From Balanoglossus misakiensis (taxonomy: Eukaryota; Animalia; Hemichordata), in contig CM082578.2 of assembly GCA_040954595.2 (NCBI GenBank), positions 4,384,831 to 4,448,830 on the forward strand: 64,000 nt of DNA, written 5' to 3'. The notes under the pieces were generated by a model. It saw only the letters and a list, made by a program, of their open reading frames with translations, did no database searches and was not told where the DNA came from. Positions 43,370 to 54,378 of this stretch are shown here, one piece after another. Each line of letters begins with the position of its first letter. Positions within the stretch are counted from its first letter, which is position 1. Made by a program: the position numbers and the translations under genes.

Positions 43370-44474
43370 TGCACTTTGGGTTAAAAGCATGAAACTTGGT
43401 ACACTTATGCATTGACCCATGGCGGCCATTTTCTGATATGGATCCAAAATTACAGCGCCCTCTAGTGGCCAGAAACAGACATTCATACTTTAAAATTGTG
43501 CACTTTGGGTTAAAAGTATGAAATTTGGTACAATTATTCAATGACCCATGGCGGACATTTTCCAATATGGATCCCAAAAGACAGCGCCCTCTAGTGGCTA
43601 GAAACTGACATTTACACTTTTCCCCCCATTAATGACACTTTTTGGGCAAGTTTAACACTCAGAGACAGGAATGTGGGTTGTAAAACATGCTTGCTGCCAT
43701 ACATTCCTTTGAATATTATCCTAATCCTGATGTACATGCATCAGATCAATCTTGTATAATACCAATTGAACGATTTGTTCTTCGAAATAACAACCAGTTC
43801 AATACACAAAGTCATGCAAAGGGGTAATACAACACCTCTTCTCCAGAAAGTCAAGGGTTCTCGAGAATACAGGCAGCTCCTAAAGAACACGTGCTGTGAG
43901 AAACCTAGCAAAGCTATATCAAACCAACAGAATCCCAGTGGAAATCAAGTTGGACAACTCTTAGTCAAGCCCAAGAAAAGAGTCAACCTCAGGAAATCAG
44001 TGGCCAAAAGTCATGCACATGTTTCTGTAGGTGCTTTAGGTCTAGTCTGACAGCAGTGGTCATTGTTACTGTGAAGGAAGATGTAATCAAGATTGATCTG
44101 ATACATGTATATCAGGATTAGGATAATATACACATGAATGTATGGTAGCAAGCATGTTTTACAACCCACATTCCTGTTTCTGAGTGTTACAAATGACCAA
44201 AAACTGCCATTAATGGGGGGGGGGGGGGAGTGTGAATGTCAGTTTCTGGCCACAAGAGGGCGCTGTCATATTGGATCCATATCATAAAATGGCCGCCATG
44301 GGTCAATGCATATACCAAGTTTCAGGCTTTTAACCCGAAGTGCACGGTTTTTAAGTATGAATGTCTGTTTCTGGCCACTAGAGGGCGCTGTCATTTTGGA
44401 TCCATATCAGAAAATAGCCGCCATGGGTCAATGCATAAGTGTACCAAGTTTCATGCTTTTAACCCAAAGTGCAC
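43370..44474. mobile_element. Foldback-type non-autonomous element with ~385-bp inverted arms (43370-43754 / 44088-44474), each containing a ~130-bp internal duplication
   Basis: Arms are near reverse complements (gcactttgggttaaaagcatgaaacttggtacac vs gtgtaccaagtttcatgcttttaacccaaagtgc) around a ~330-bp spacer. True termini and TSD not resolved. Confidence 0.85.
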
Positions 44475-46059
44475 GATTTTTTTGTTAACTGCCCCACTAA
44501 GACTCTGCATGCAGGGAAATCTAGGTCAATGAGACCTTATCCAAGCAGATGACAAACTCTTCTGTATAGAGTTGCCCTTTCCCCCAACATCAATCAAGCG
44601 GGCCAACCATCCGACAGACACGTGTTAAGCACGTCGAAAGTACGAATGGAGATGGTACCATGCGTGATTTTCTCCCAAACGATTTTCTATTTTCCCCTTT
44701 CTTGATTTCACGGGTAGACATTACAATGTGATTGATTATGCGAGGAGGAAGTCGTCTTTCTTTTGCTTAAATTAGGAGACTTCTATAATATATTGATTAA
44801 CTAATTTATTAGCCGATTAAGTTAAGTGTGTATCTGTTCGGGCAGACAAAACAAAAGGCAGCACTATTCAGACATAACAAAAGGGCTGACAATAATAGCT
44901 AAAACTCTAAACTTCTTCTACCTTTATCGATATGAGTACCAAAATCTGTGCTAACCTTAAACTCATCGGAATTGGTCAATGTTTCCCAGTAGACTCCATG
45001 CAGTAATGCTTTCTGGACAATGGCATTATTCGCGTCTGGATTTATTTTGTATATGAAAGCTGGTTTTCCCTTTAGTGTACATTTGAACCGATTGCTCACC
45101 AACATCACGGAAACTGATTCGCAGTTGCCAATGTAACACTGCAGCGTGCAACAGTTATGTTTCATTCTAGCCAACTGCAAGAAGCTGACTGTCTTTGTCA
45201 CACAATTTTCTTGGTGTGTGGTATCAGACAGACAGTTCTGTTTGATAAGTTGACTTATACTTTGGACAGTGTGATAGATCCAACGACATGTTAGACAATA
45301 CAATTTACATTTAGTTTATCATGTTGTCCTTTCACAGTCACCCGAAGAACACAGATCAGAGCAAAAACTATTCATTTGACTTTTGGACGGACATATACAG
45401 ATGATGCATAACGATGCTGTTTTGACCCCCCCCCCCTCTCTCCCGCGTGTATGTTACAAGAGCCAAGCTCGAAGACTTTCTCCACCTTGCAATAAGTGCG
45501 CCAACTACCGGCCAATACGTTTCTGAAAGAAGACGAGGGCTAATAAATCTGATTTCGCGCGTTTCGACAATAAAGTCTCGAAATCATTGTCTATGTCACG
45601 CAGACAAGCAGTGTCTAGTGCGTGCTCATAGTTTTCGCTCCTTTTCTATGGTCTGGCTCTAGTCTCATCATGATCACGTTATGGTCTACGTCATAAATGT
45701 TGTGTTATAAGTATGTAGCAATGAGCGAGTGAGGGTTCCTGCAAGACAGTGTAGACCTTGATGGTGGCGCTGTGCACACGAACGGCCGGTTTTCTGACCT
45801 GAATTTGCCGTGTCACAGACTGCTGTGACATAAGGTCTGAAATTTCTGCTTGTTTCAACACCTGTGCGTACATGGACTGCATATGTTTAAGCTCTTCAGA
45901 AAAATAAAACAATGAAGGAATTGTAAAACAGAAGTTTGCGCTTACCTGTACACTTAACTTTAATTTGTACAAATTAAAGTGCACAAAACGTGCACATTTT
46001 GAAGCAGGAAGTGTTCAAGGGAATTTGTACGTGAAGGACATCACAATGATCTACTGTCC

Positions 46060-47480
46060 ACATCAAAAAGACCCTCTGAGAAATGATAGAACTTAAAGCA
46101 AAATACCATACCAATTGCTTAGCAGTACTGTATAACGGTTCAAGGAAGTTGAAGATTGAGAGACCCAGTGAATCAGATATAGACTATACTGGTACAAGAA
46201 TATCAGAATCAATTGCTTTCGCTAAGCTTGTCCTCTATATTGATACGATTGTGTTAGATGAAGAAACAGCACCAGTATTCAAGTTGGCTGATCTAGCCAA
46301 ATTATATCAGTCCAGGATAGAAAAACTGGGCATTAAAGTAAGAAACCAGGGTACACTCCAGATATGATAGCACAAAACGAGGGCAAACACGTTCTACTAG
46401 CATTCAAAGATGACATAAGTTGTGCTCTGAGTAAAGTCTGTGACATTGACAGTGACAGTGATGCAGTCCATCTTGCACGTGCTGCGCAAATTGTGCGTCG
46501 TGGGATGTTTAGTGAGACCAAGCCGTTCAGTGGTTTCCCTAAAGGATGCCAGGAAGAATCTGTGTCACGTGACCCATCTTGCTTGCACCGGTTAACATGG
46601 TCCTACAGGGTCCTGGTATCAAAGATCAAATGGCAGAAACGTCACCGGCTGCACTTTCAATCGCTCAATTGTTGAAATTTAACAGTATCAAATAACAGAG
46701 TTCAACAGAAATGCCATCAAGTATAATGCGGCATAGCATTGCACAGAAAACACCTGTTCCCCAATATATAGGATTGATGCTGCATGCAAACACACGCAAG
46801 AGGAGACTGGTTGACTGACTGTCACACCTGGGCTTGAGCATTTCCTATGACCGTGTTCTTCGCCTTTCAGCTCAGATCGGAAAAACGTGTAGTATGTCCT
46901 CCGAAGATGAAAGGAAAAGCCTTCACAACTGCGGCTGTGGATAATAATATCATAATCCCACTTCAAAGACAGCTAAGGAATCCTAATTCCATGGTACTGT
47001 CATCTCCCTAATTCAGCATCCTTCTTTCCCTGGGGAAGGAATTGACCGAAAAGCATTTCCGTGATTGGTGGATCGCAAAAGGCAAGCTCAAAGACCACCG
47101 GCCACTTGCCACACTACTATACTGATGTTCCTCCTGTCAAGAAATCATCAATCCCTGATGCTACTGTGGAAACCCTATGCAGAGAAGGCTTCAGAGAGCG
47201 TACAGAAAATAAATACTTGTGGTTAAAACATGCAAAGCTAGTTGTGGAAGACAGATGTCGGTCACAAGAAGATATTGCATGCGCTGCATTCCATGCTCGT
47301 CGACAACAATGTGAACATAAAGCAATCTGACCTACAGCCCTGCTTCCTCTTTTCCAAGAAAATGCCCCTACAGTGGCTATGATTAAACACTCGTTTGATG
47401 TTATAAAAGACGCCGTCCACCATATAAACCCAGGACAATCTCCAGTTATCACATTTGACCAGCCTTTGTTTCCCCTGGCT
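46060..47480 (+). pseudogene. Frameshifted relic of a DNA-transposon-type large ORF
   Basis: Collinear fragments in shifting frames: ELKAKYHTNCL, PVFKLADLAKLY, DAVHLARAAQIVRR, AMIKHSFDVIKDAVHHINPGQSPVITFDQPLF. Resembles a repeat-borne protein family common in marine invertebrates; superfamily not determined. Confidence 0.7.
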
Positions 47481-47789
47481 ACCCTTAACACATTTCCCAG
47501 TGCTCGGGTGCACCTAAAATACACCAGAAACACACCAGTTGCACTTAGACCCACCCGTAACCTGAACACACCACTGTAAGATGGGGTGGGTTTTGGGTGG
47601 ATGGTCTAACCCACCCGAAATCCACCCCGACAACATCAACCGAATAGGTGTCTTACCCGAAATACACCTCCTGAAATCAGCACTGGTCGTGAAGGCACCA
47701 AGGACACACTCGCTTTAGACTGACACCAACGAACCATGCGCCAACGATTTACCAGGTGTCAGGGTTGTGTCTGAGCCACAGCCCACACC

Positions 47790-48220
47790 CAATGGGGGAA
47801 CTTCCTGAACATTTACGAGAGCTGTTCACACGGTCTTGTACTAACCTGACAGGGGACAAGCACATAAATTAAAAGATCTGTTGCTGGGATTTGCGGATGT
47901 ATTGGCAGCTGTCGAATTCGACTTGGGGAATTTTACCGCCAACACTCACGCTAATACACACAGCGGACGCAGACCGTGTAAAGCAACGAATGAGTCTTAC
48001 CCTATAGCAATTTGCTGACGAAGAGGAAGCACACCTCAAGACAATGCTCAAAGCCGGAGTTACACAACCATCCGTGTCGGAGTGGGCATCCGCACCTGTC
48101 CTAGTGAGGAAGCGGGATAACAGCGGGAGATGGTGTGTCGACTATCGGGCACTCAACAATATCACAACTACATGCAAAGGTGTCTTTCCGCTGCCCCTAA
48201 TCGAGGACTGCATGGGAGCC
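47790..48220 (+). mobile_element. Ty3/Gypsy pol relic (N-terminal reverse transcriptase)
   Basis: MLKAGVTQPSVSEWASAPVLVRKRDNSGRWCVDYRALNNIT...FPLPLIEDC is the classic Gypsy RT start. In-frame stop upstream; truncated. Confidence 0.88.
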
Positions 48221-49163
48221 AGGTGACAATGAATGGCTATGACTTAGCGACCAGCTTGGGACTAGAAGAGACCGAAGTGAGCAATTATATGGACGGCGTG
48301 GAATGTGCTCACCTAGAAATGTACATAACCCCCGTTCCAGACTCAAACACTGCAAGACTGTACTTTAAATTACATGTAAAGAGATCAACAATTCATGGTG
48401 ACCGAGAATGCGAGTAGTGGGGCCCCCTATCTTTTTGCTGGTTGCTATGGGCCGTTTTGGGTCATTAAATTCCGGTTTGGACGAAATCGTTCTTTTAAGA
48501 GTCTTACCAGAGTTGAAAATCTGCACTGTTGGGAGCGCGCGCCCCTGACGATATTGATGTGCAAATTAGATAGATCAAAATTCAAAACAGTTAGGAATTT
48601 TAGTCCTTGACCTCAAAACCGAACTTGATACCTTCCAGGCATCATTAGCATGAAACATGCAGGCTAAATGTTTCATGATAGTGCCAAATGGAAATTATTT
48701 TCATGGTAGCGCGAATATTTAATTTCCGCCTGGCAACTACATGTACATGAACCCTCATTTGATTGCTATGACACCTGGGCCAATCGAAGAAAAAGAAAAC
48801 GACCTTGTTTTCAAAATATGACGTCGGTTTCCTGATGATGGACCGTCGTTTGAGTGTTTTGACATGTCAAGTCTCCCAAATGTGGTGTGAGACATTCGTT
48901 TGGTCTGGTTGTCGGTTGATGTGAAGAGACGGGAACAAGTGTGTGTATAGATTTCAACGCCAATGGTGTTTTTTAATTAGGACCAGCCATGGACATACAG
49001 GACAAAGCCTGCAGTACAGACTGGAACAGCGTCCTAGCTACTACCTATACATGGAACTCTACCACTGTTCTCACTCTCCTACGCTGAAATAAGTGCCTTT
49101 TATAAATTTTCTGAATATTATTACAGTGATGCTTTGGTGCTGACAGAGGAGCAACCAAAGGGT

Positions 49164-49616
49164 TAATCTGGTTCCCTGCCCCAATCCCACCGCTGGCTGC
49201 GCTACGCTAAAGGGAAAGGGTCACGCACGGCCTATTGTAAACACGGCTCTCATTGGTCAATACATACGAACACTTAGTTGTTAAGTTGATAAGTTGTTGT
49301 AAGATACTCATTTCCCGTTCTCTCCTTCACCTCCATGAATGTTTATCATTCGATTTCCAACTTTACAACAAACGAAACAAAATAAACTGCCTGGATGAAT
49401 CTAGTCTCGGTTACCATCTTCATCGGAAGAAGCAAAGGCGTCTGGGTAACCGAGACTAGGATGAATCTTGACTGGCGTACGGACATTGGAGGCATCCATC
49501 TTGTTTATGATCACGTGGTCTTCCCAGGTTTCTGGGCATGAAATCGGGCCGTACCTGACCCCTTTCCCTTTAGCGCAGCGCAAGCAGCGGTGGGATTGGG
49601 GCAGGGAACCAGACTA
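49164..49616. mobile_element. 453-bp MITE with ~70-bp TIRs and 9-bp TSD
   Basis: taatctggttccctgccccaatcccaccgctg... / ...cagcggtgggattggggcagggaaccagacta. TSD ccaaagggt at 49155-63 and 49617-25. Confidence 0.9.
49402..49458. mobile_element. 57-bp micro-MITE nested in the 453-bp MITE
   Basis: Perfect 14-bp TIRs tagtctcggttacc / ggtaaccgagacta. Perfect TSD ggatgaatc at 49393-401 and 49459-67. Confidence 0.9.
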
Positions 49617-49637
49617 CCAAAGGGTTAAAATTCACGA

Positions 49638-50030
49638 GTGTTTGCTGGTAAAATCTCTTATTATCATAGCACATCCTCCAAAAATGATTCATTCACTCTG
49701 GTGACAAGGAAGAAATCCCATCGCAAAGCAATTATTGGAACTTCTGCTGTGTCCAATTGTCCTATCATGGGAGTTGATCATCAGAATGTGGCTAACATCT
49801 TTATCAGTCGTTTGTCCCCCGATACAACTGCGAGTCAGATCACTACATATGTGAAATCCTCATTTAACATAGACATTGACTGTAAAGCTTTGAAGACAAA
49901 GTTCAATTCATACGCCTCCTTTCACATAATTGCCAAAGGTGCTACATACAAAGATCTTATTTGCCCTGAAAGATGGCCTCGTGGTGTGCTGGTAAGAAAA
50001 TACTTCAGATCCTCAGGTCGCCCTAACTAA
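49638..50030 (+). CDS. LINE ORF1, C-terminal part
   Basis: IFISRLSPDTT...YASFHI...CPERWPRGVLVRKY is typical of invertebrate LINE ORF1 ends; stop lies 11 nt before ORF2. Confidence 0.75.
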   Translation: MFAGKISYYHSTSSKNDSFTLVTRKKSHRKAIIGTSAVSNCPIMGVDHQNVANIFISRLSPDTTASQITTYVKSSFNIDIDCKALKTKFNSYASFHIIAKGATYKDLICPERWPRGVLVRKYFRSSGRPN

Positions 50031-50041
50031 ATACTTTTAGT

Positions 50042-52840
50042 ATGGTAAGAGTGGTCAGCTACAACTGTCGCTCAGTTAAGTCTTCTGTTGATGAAGTGAG
50101 AAAACTATGTGACTCCGTGGATATCTGCTTACTTCAGGAACACTGGTTATACAAAGATGAACTGTCATTACTCTCTGGAATACATAATGACTTTCAGGCC
50201 TTTGGTGTGTCAGCGATTGACAGTGAAAAGGGCATAAGCTCGGGTCGGCCATATGGTGGAACGGCTATCCTATGGCGCAAATCGTTTTCAGACTCAGTCA
50301 AAGTTACAACTTACAATGATCCTAGGATTATTGGAATTGAACTTTCTACTAATATCGGAATGTGTCTTCCAATTTGTGTTTATCTACCCACCGACTGCAG
50401 TGAAAATTATGATGATTTCTGTGATTACATGTACCTGGGAACCATCGATTCCATCATTCAAGATGCAGATACGCCATACATATTTGTGGTTGGTGATATC
50501 AATGCAGATCCCAGAAAACGTTTTGGTCAAGAACTGAATGCTTTTTGCCACCAGAACAATTACGTCATTGCAGATGTTTCTCGCCTTGGTCTGGACTTGA
50601 ATAATTTTACATACATTAGTGATGTGCATGGATCCACATCGTGGCTTGATCACTGTGTGTGCACCAAAGCAGCTTATAAAACAATCAACACCATGTCTAT
50701 CATTAACGATTACTTCTCATCTGATCACTTGCCCTTGACTTTCACGTGCAATATGCATCCTATAAAAAGCAACAACCAGTACGGTAGACCAAACCCGACC
50801 TGGGCTGGGATCAACTGGGCCTCTGTCAACAACGAGGACATTAATAAATATTTGACCAGTTCCGAACGGTACCTGCAAAATATTAACGTTCCTGTCGAGG
50901 CATTATCCTGTAACAATTGTAACTGTAAAAATGACAGTCATCATCGAGCAATTGATTCTTACTACAACTCAATTTGTGAGGCACTTATTAAAGCCAGCAG
51001 TGATTCTTTTGCCGGTAAAAAATCCGTAAGATATCATCCAATACCCGGTTGGAACGATACAGTTAGGGAGACACATAAAATGGCTCGTCATGCATATTTA
51101 ACCTGGAAATCGGAATCCAAGCCACGCTTTGGACCAGTCTATGAACATATGCGTCAAAGCAGAGCAAAATTTAAATATGCTCTTAGACAATGCCGAAAAG
51201 AAGAGGATCGCAAGCGAGCAGATGGCATGGCCCAAGCTCTTCTTGAAAAAGACCACCGACGGTTTTGGACCGCAGTTGCTGATCTCAATAACAAAAGAGC
51301 CCCGTTACCTGCCACTGTCAATAACATCACAGGTGATCAACATATCGCAAACATGTGGGGCAGTCACTTCGAGCAGCTTTTCAATTCTGTCAACAACACG
51401 AAACATCAAGCTGGTGTAATGCATACCATTGAATCTGTGACCTCGTCTGATAATCTGAATATTCATGTAGATGAAATAGACAAAATTTTTGCTGAACTTC
51501 AGATCGGAAAGTCTCCTGGCGCAGATGGACTGAGTGCTGAACACTTGAAATATGCAACTAGGAAATTACGTATACATTTCGCTTGTTGTTTTACTTCTAT
51601 TCTTATCCACGGTACCATACCAGATAAGCTTGCGAAGGTCATTCTTGTTCCTGTTGTTAAAGACAAGACTGCAGATCTCTCCAGTAAGAACAATTATCGC
51701 CCTATTGCTTTAACGTGTGTGACTTCGAAGGTTTTAGAATATATTATTCTTAACAGGTGCGAACATAATTTACATACGACTGACAATCAGTTTGGCTTTA
51801 AAAGCTCCCACAGTACGGACATGTGCATATTTTTACTGAAAGAAACCATTAGATACTATAAACAGAACCACAGTTCTGTTTTTGTTTGCTTTTTAGACGC
51901 CGAAAAGGCATTTGACAGAGTCAATCATTGGACTCTTCTTAAGAAATTGATTGACAGATCTGTTCCTACTTATATAGTTCGTTTGCTGAGAAATTGGTTT
52001 TCCTGTCAAAGTTATTGTATTCGCTGGTCGAATGCTCTCTCTGATTCGTTTAAAGTGGGAAATGGTGTACGTCAAGGTGGAATTCTTTCGCCTTTTCTTT
52101 TTAATGTTTATGTTGATAAGCTGAATGTAAGGCTGTCAAATGCCGGTGTAGGTTGTGAGATAGCAGGACTTATGTTGAACAACCTGTCCTACGCGGACGA
52201 TATGTGTCTAATTGCACCGTCAGTTAAAGGTTTACGAAAGCTGATTCAGATCTGTCAACTCTACGCTGAAGATCATGATATCAAGTATAACACGCGAAAA
52301 TCGAAATGCATGCACTTTGAATCGTCGATTAAGCTTTCAAGTACTCGATCAGTTAATCTCTGTGAGACTACTCTTGAATTTGTTTGTAAATTTACCTATC
52401 TTGGGCATATTTTCTCTCATGATTTATCTGATAATGAGGACATTCTAAAACAACGTAGAGCATTGTGTGGAAGGGCTAATTTTCTCCTTAGAAAGTTCAA
52501 TTCGTGTTCTGTCGACGTGAAATTGCGTCTTTTTAATGCTTTTTGTAACAATATTTATGGTTCTCATTTATGGTGCGATTTTAATTTGTACAACATCCGG
52601 AATATCATCGTATGTCATAACAACACACTTCGAAGACTACTTGGTCACCCAGGACACGAAAGTGCCTCTAAAATATTTGTTTCAAACGCCGTAAACTGCT
52701 TCTCCGTTATGAGAAGAAAAGTCGCTTTTAATTTTTCTGTTCGTCTCTGTACTAGTCCCAATGTTTTGATCAATCGTCTTGTGTCATGTGATATGCGTTT
52801 TTATGGTCTACATGCCCACTGGATGGACATTTTACATTGA
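50042..52840 (+). CDS. LINE ORF2: apurinic endonuclease + reverse transcriptase, 932 aa, uninterrupted
   Basis: APE motifs SYNC, LQEHW, GDINA, WLDH, SDHLP. RT motifs KSPGADG, NYRPIAL, QFGF, FLDAEKAFDRV, GVRQGGILSP, YADD, YLG. Confidence 0.96.
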   Translation: MVRVVSYNCRSVKSSVDEVRKLCDSVDICLLQEHWLYKDELSLLSGIHNDFQAFGVSAIDSEKGISSGRPYGGTAILWRKSFSDSVKVTTYNDPRIIGIELSTNIGMCLPICVYLPTDCSENYDDFCDYMYLGTIDSIIQDADTPYIFVVGDINADPRKRFGQELNAFCHQNNYVIADVSRLGLDLNNFTYISDVHGSTSWLDHCVCTKAAYKTINTMSIINDYFSSDHLPLTFTCNMHPIKSNNQYGRPNPTWAGINWASVNNEDINKYLTSSERYLQNINVPVEALSCNNCNCKNDSHHRAIDSYYNSICEALIKASSDSFAGKKSVRYHPIPGWNDTVRETHKMARHAYLTWKSESKPRFGPVYEHMRQSRAKFKYALRQCRKEEDRKRADGMAQALLEKDHRRFWTAVADLNNKRAPLPATVNNITGDQHIANMWGSHFEQLFNSVNNTKHQAGVMHTIESVTSSDNLNIHVDEIDKIFAELQIGKSPGADGLSAEHLKYATRKLRIHFACCFTSILIHGTIPDKLAKVILVPVVKDKTADLSSKNNYRPIALTCVTSKVLEYIILNRCEHNLHTTDNQFGFKSSHSTDMCIFLLKETIRYYKQNHSSVFVCFLDAEKAFDRVNHWTLLKKLIDRSVPTYIVRLLRNWFSCQSYCIRWSNALSDSFKVGNGVRQGGILSPFLFNVYVDKLNVRLSNAGVGCEIAGLMLNNLSYADDMCLIAPSVKGLRKLIQICQLYAEDHDIKYNTRKSKCMHFESSIKLSSTRSVNLCETTLEFVCKFTYLGHIFSHDLSDNEDILKQRRALCGRANFLLRKFNSCSVDVKLRLFNAFCNNIYGSHLWCDFNLYNIRNIIVCHNNTLRRLLGHPGHESASKIFVSNAVNCFSVMRRKVAFNFSVRLCTSPNVLINRLVSCDMRFYGLHAHWMDILH

Positions 52841-53064
52841 TTCTTAAGAGTGTTTTTTTAACTTATTTTATTTATTAGTTTTCTAGTGTTTTTTTTTTGC
52901 CAGTTTTTTTCTTATAACTAATATCTATGGACGGTTGTGTCTGAAATAAAGATTAATAATAATAAAATAATAATAATTAATTATTCATCAAGTGCGATGA
53001 CGTTTCAGATCGCGCTTCTTTTATTAGCGCATGCGCTGACACACCCCTATTTCGACTGTCTTTC

Positions 53065-53116
53065 TAGTCATGGTTACCCAGACTCCTCTGCTTCTTCCGT
53101 TGGGTAACCGAGACTA
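53065..53116. mobile_element. Second, older copy of the TAGTCT micro-MITE, in opposite orientation
   Basis: tagtcatggttaccc...gggtaaccgagacta. Internal sequence is the approximate reverse complement of the 49402 copy; degenerate 9-bp TSD ctgtctttc / ctgccttcc. Confidence 0.78.
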
Positions 53117-53218
53117 CTGCCTTCCCGGAAGACATTACCCTGCGAACTTCTATAAATGTACAGAGGTGACAGCTACAGAAGGCACTGAACAAAGACCAAG
53201 CAAAGGTGTTAAATCGGA

Positions 53219-53266
53219 TAGCCAGATGTAGATCTCCAGCATAAACTGTAGATCTACATCTGGCTA
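53219..53266. repeat. 48-bp hairpin with TAG...CTA ends
   Basis: tagccagatgtagatctccag-cataaa-ctgtagatctacatctggcta, 21-bp stem with one mismatch. Confidence 0.75.
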
Positions 53267-53841
53267 TGAACGGAAGAGGGTTGTCCTTTTATTCTCATAC
53301 ATAGTAACCGTTTGCGTCGCACATAAATGTAATCATGTTTCGATTCGATATATTTCCCCAAAGAACCGAATAACGGTGCAAAAGGTATGGTACACGATGT
53401 AAATGGCCTAAAGGATTCATGTCGTGACCTCTAGCGAAGTGCATACATCGCGTATGTCTGGGTCAGGCAGACTTGTATATGCAGATTAGATGACTTGTGG
53501 AAAGGTGAAGGACATCTACCGGTAAGTATGTGCATATATCGATTCTGATAATAATAAGTCTTGGTTGTTTACCACAATATGCCCTTCATGTCTTTATAGA
53601 ACCAGTTGCACGCATTCTATTCAAGGCTTGTACTAGCCGTGGTACGCAGCTGTACCGTTGGGGTGGGCTGATTATACCGTGCCCACGGACAGCTGCCCAT
53701 TCTATAGTGCAGTTGCAACGACACGACTGGTGTGGGAACATTTGAACGGCAACAGAAAACAAAGTGAGCGTAATTCAATAAAACGACCTATACAAGCCCG
53801 AACTCTGATTATTTCTGGTCCCAAAACCCCTTTCGTGAAAC

Positions 53842-54030
53842 AAAATCACTGGTCTGTTTACGTGTTTCAGCCGATTTTCCAAGGAGTACTGACTGCCATT
53901 AATATGCTAATGAGACCTTGCACAACAGTAGTGAGTGAGGGTCAAAGTCCGCTGCCGGGATGTTAACCTAGGTATAGTACATGTACTCCTCGGAAAATCG
54001 GCTGAAATACGTAAACAGACCAGTGATTTT
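53842..54030. repeat. 48-bp inverted repeat pair (probable MITE remnant) upstream of the methyltransferase gene
   Basis: aaaatcactggtctgtttacgtgtttcagccgattttccaaggagtac (53842-89) vs gtactcctcggaaaatcggctgaaatacgtaaacagaccagtgatttt (53983-54030). Confidence 0.8.
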
Positions 54031-54378
54031 TACAGGACACCCACGTATTGTGATCAAGCAGTGAGCTGGGGACAGTAGCATTTACACACAGGGTTGTTTG
54101 CATGTTAAATTGACGGAAACGCGGGCTACGGACACTTGTATACTACCCACGCCGGAAGCACTGAAACCAAACCCAATACATCGAGGCACACCACGACCTG
54201 AATTTGTACAAAAACTACTGTAGCTCTCATCTAATCACCGCAGTGAGTACAATCAGAGGCAGTTATTTAACAACATACTTCTTAGAAACGCAGTGTTCAT
54301 CTGACAGAAATATCCACGTATCTTATTGAAAGGTGCAATTCAATTCACAGGTGAATTGATGCTTCCCTAGTGATCAGA

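Larger units (their letters stand above)
49630..52976 (+). mobile_element. Non-LTR retrotransposon (LINE, RTEX-like), probably 5'-truncated
   Basis: ORF1 C-terminus, then APE-RT ORF2, short 3' UTR, AATAAA and (TAA)n tail at ~52945-52976. Confidence 0.92.

Noticed and set aside
47498-47685. CAGTGCT...AGCACTG short inverted ends suggesting a hAT MITE
   Set aside because: Only 7-8 bp of TIR and no 8-bp TSD.
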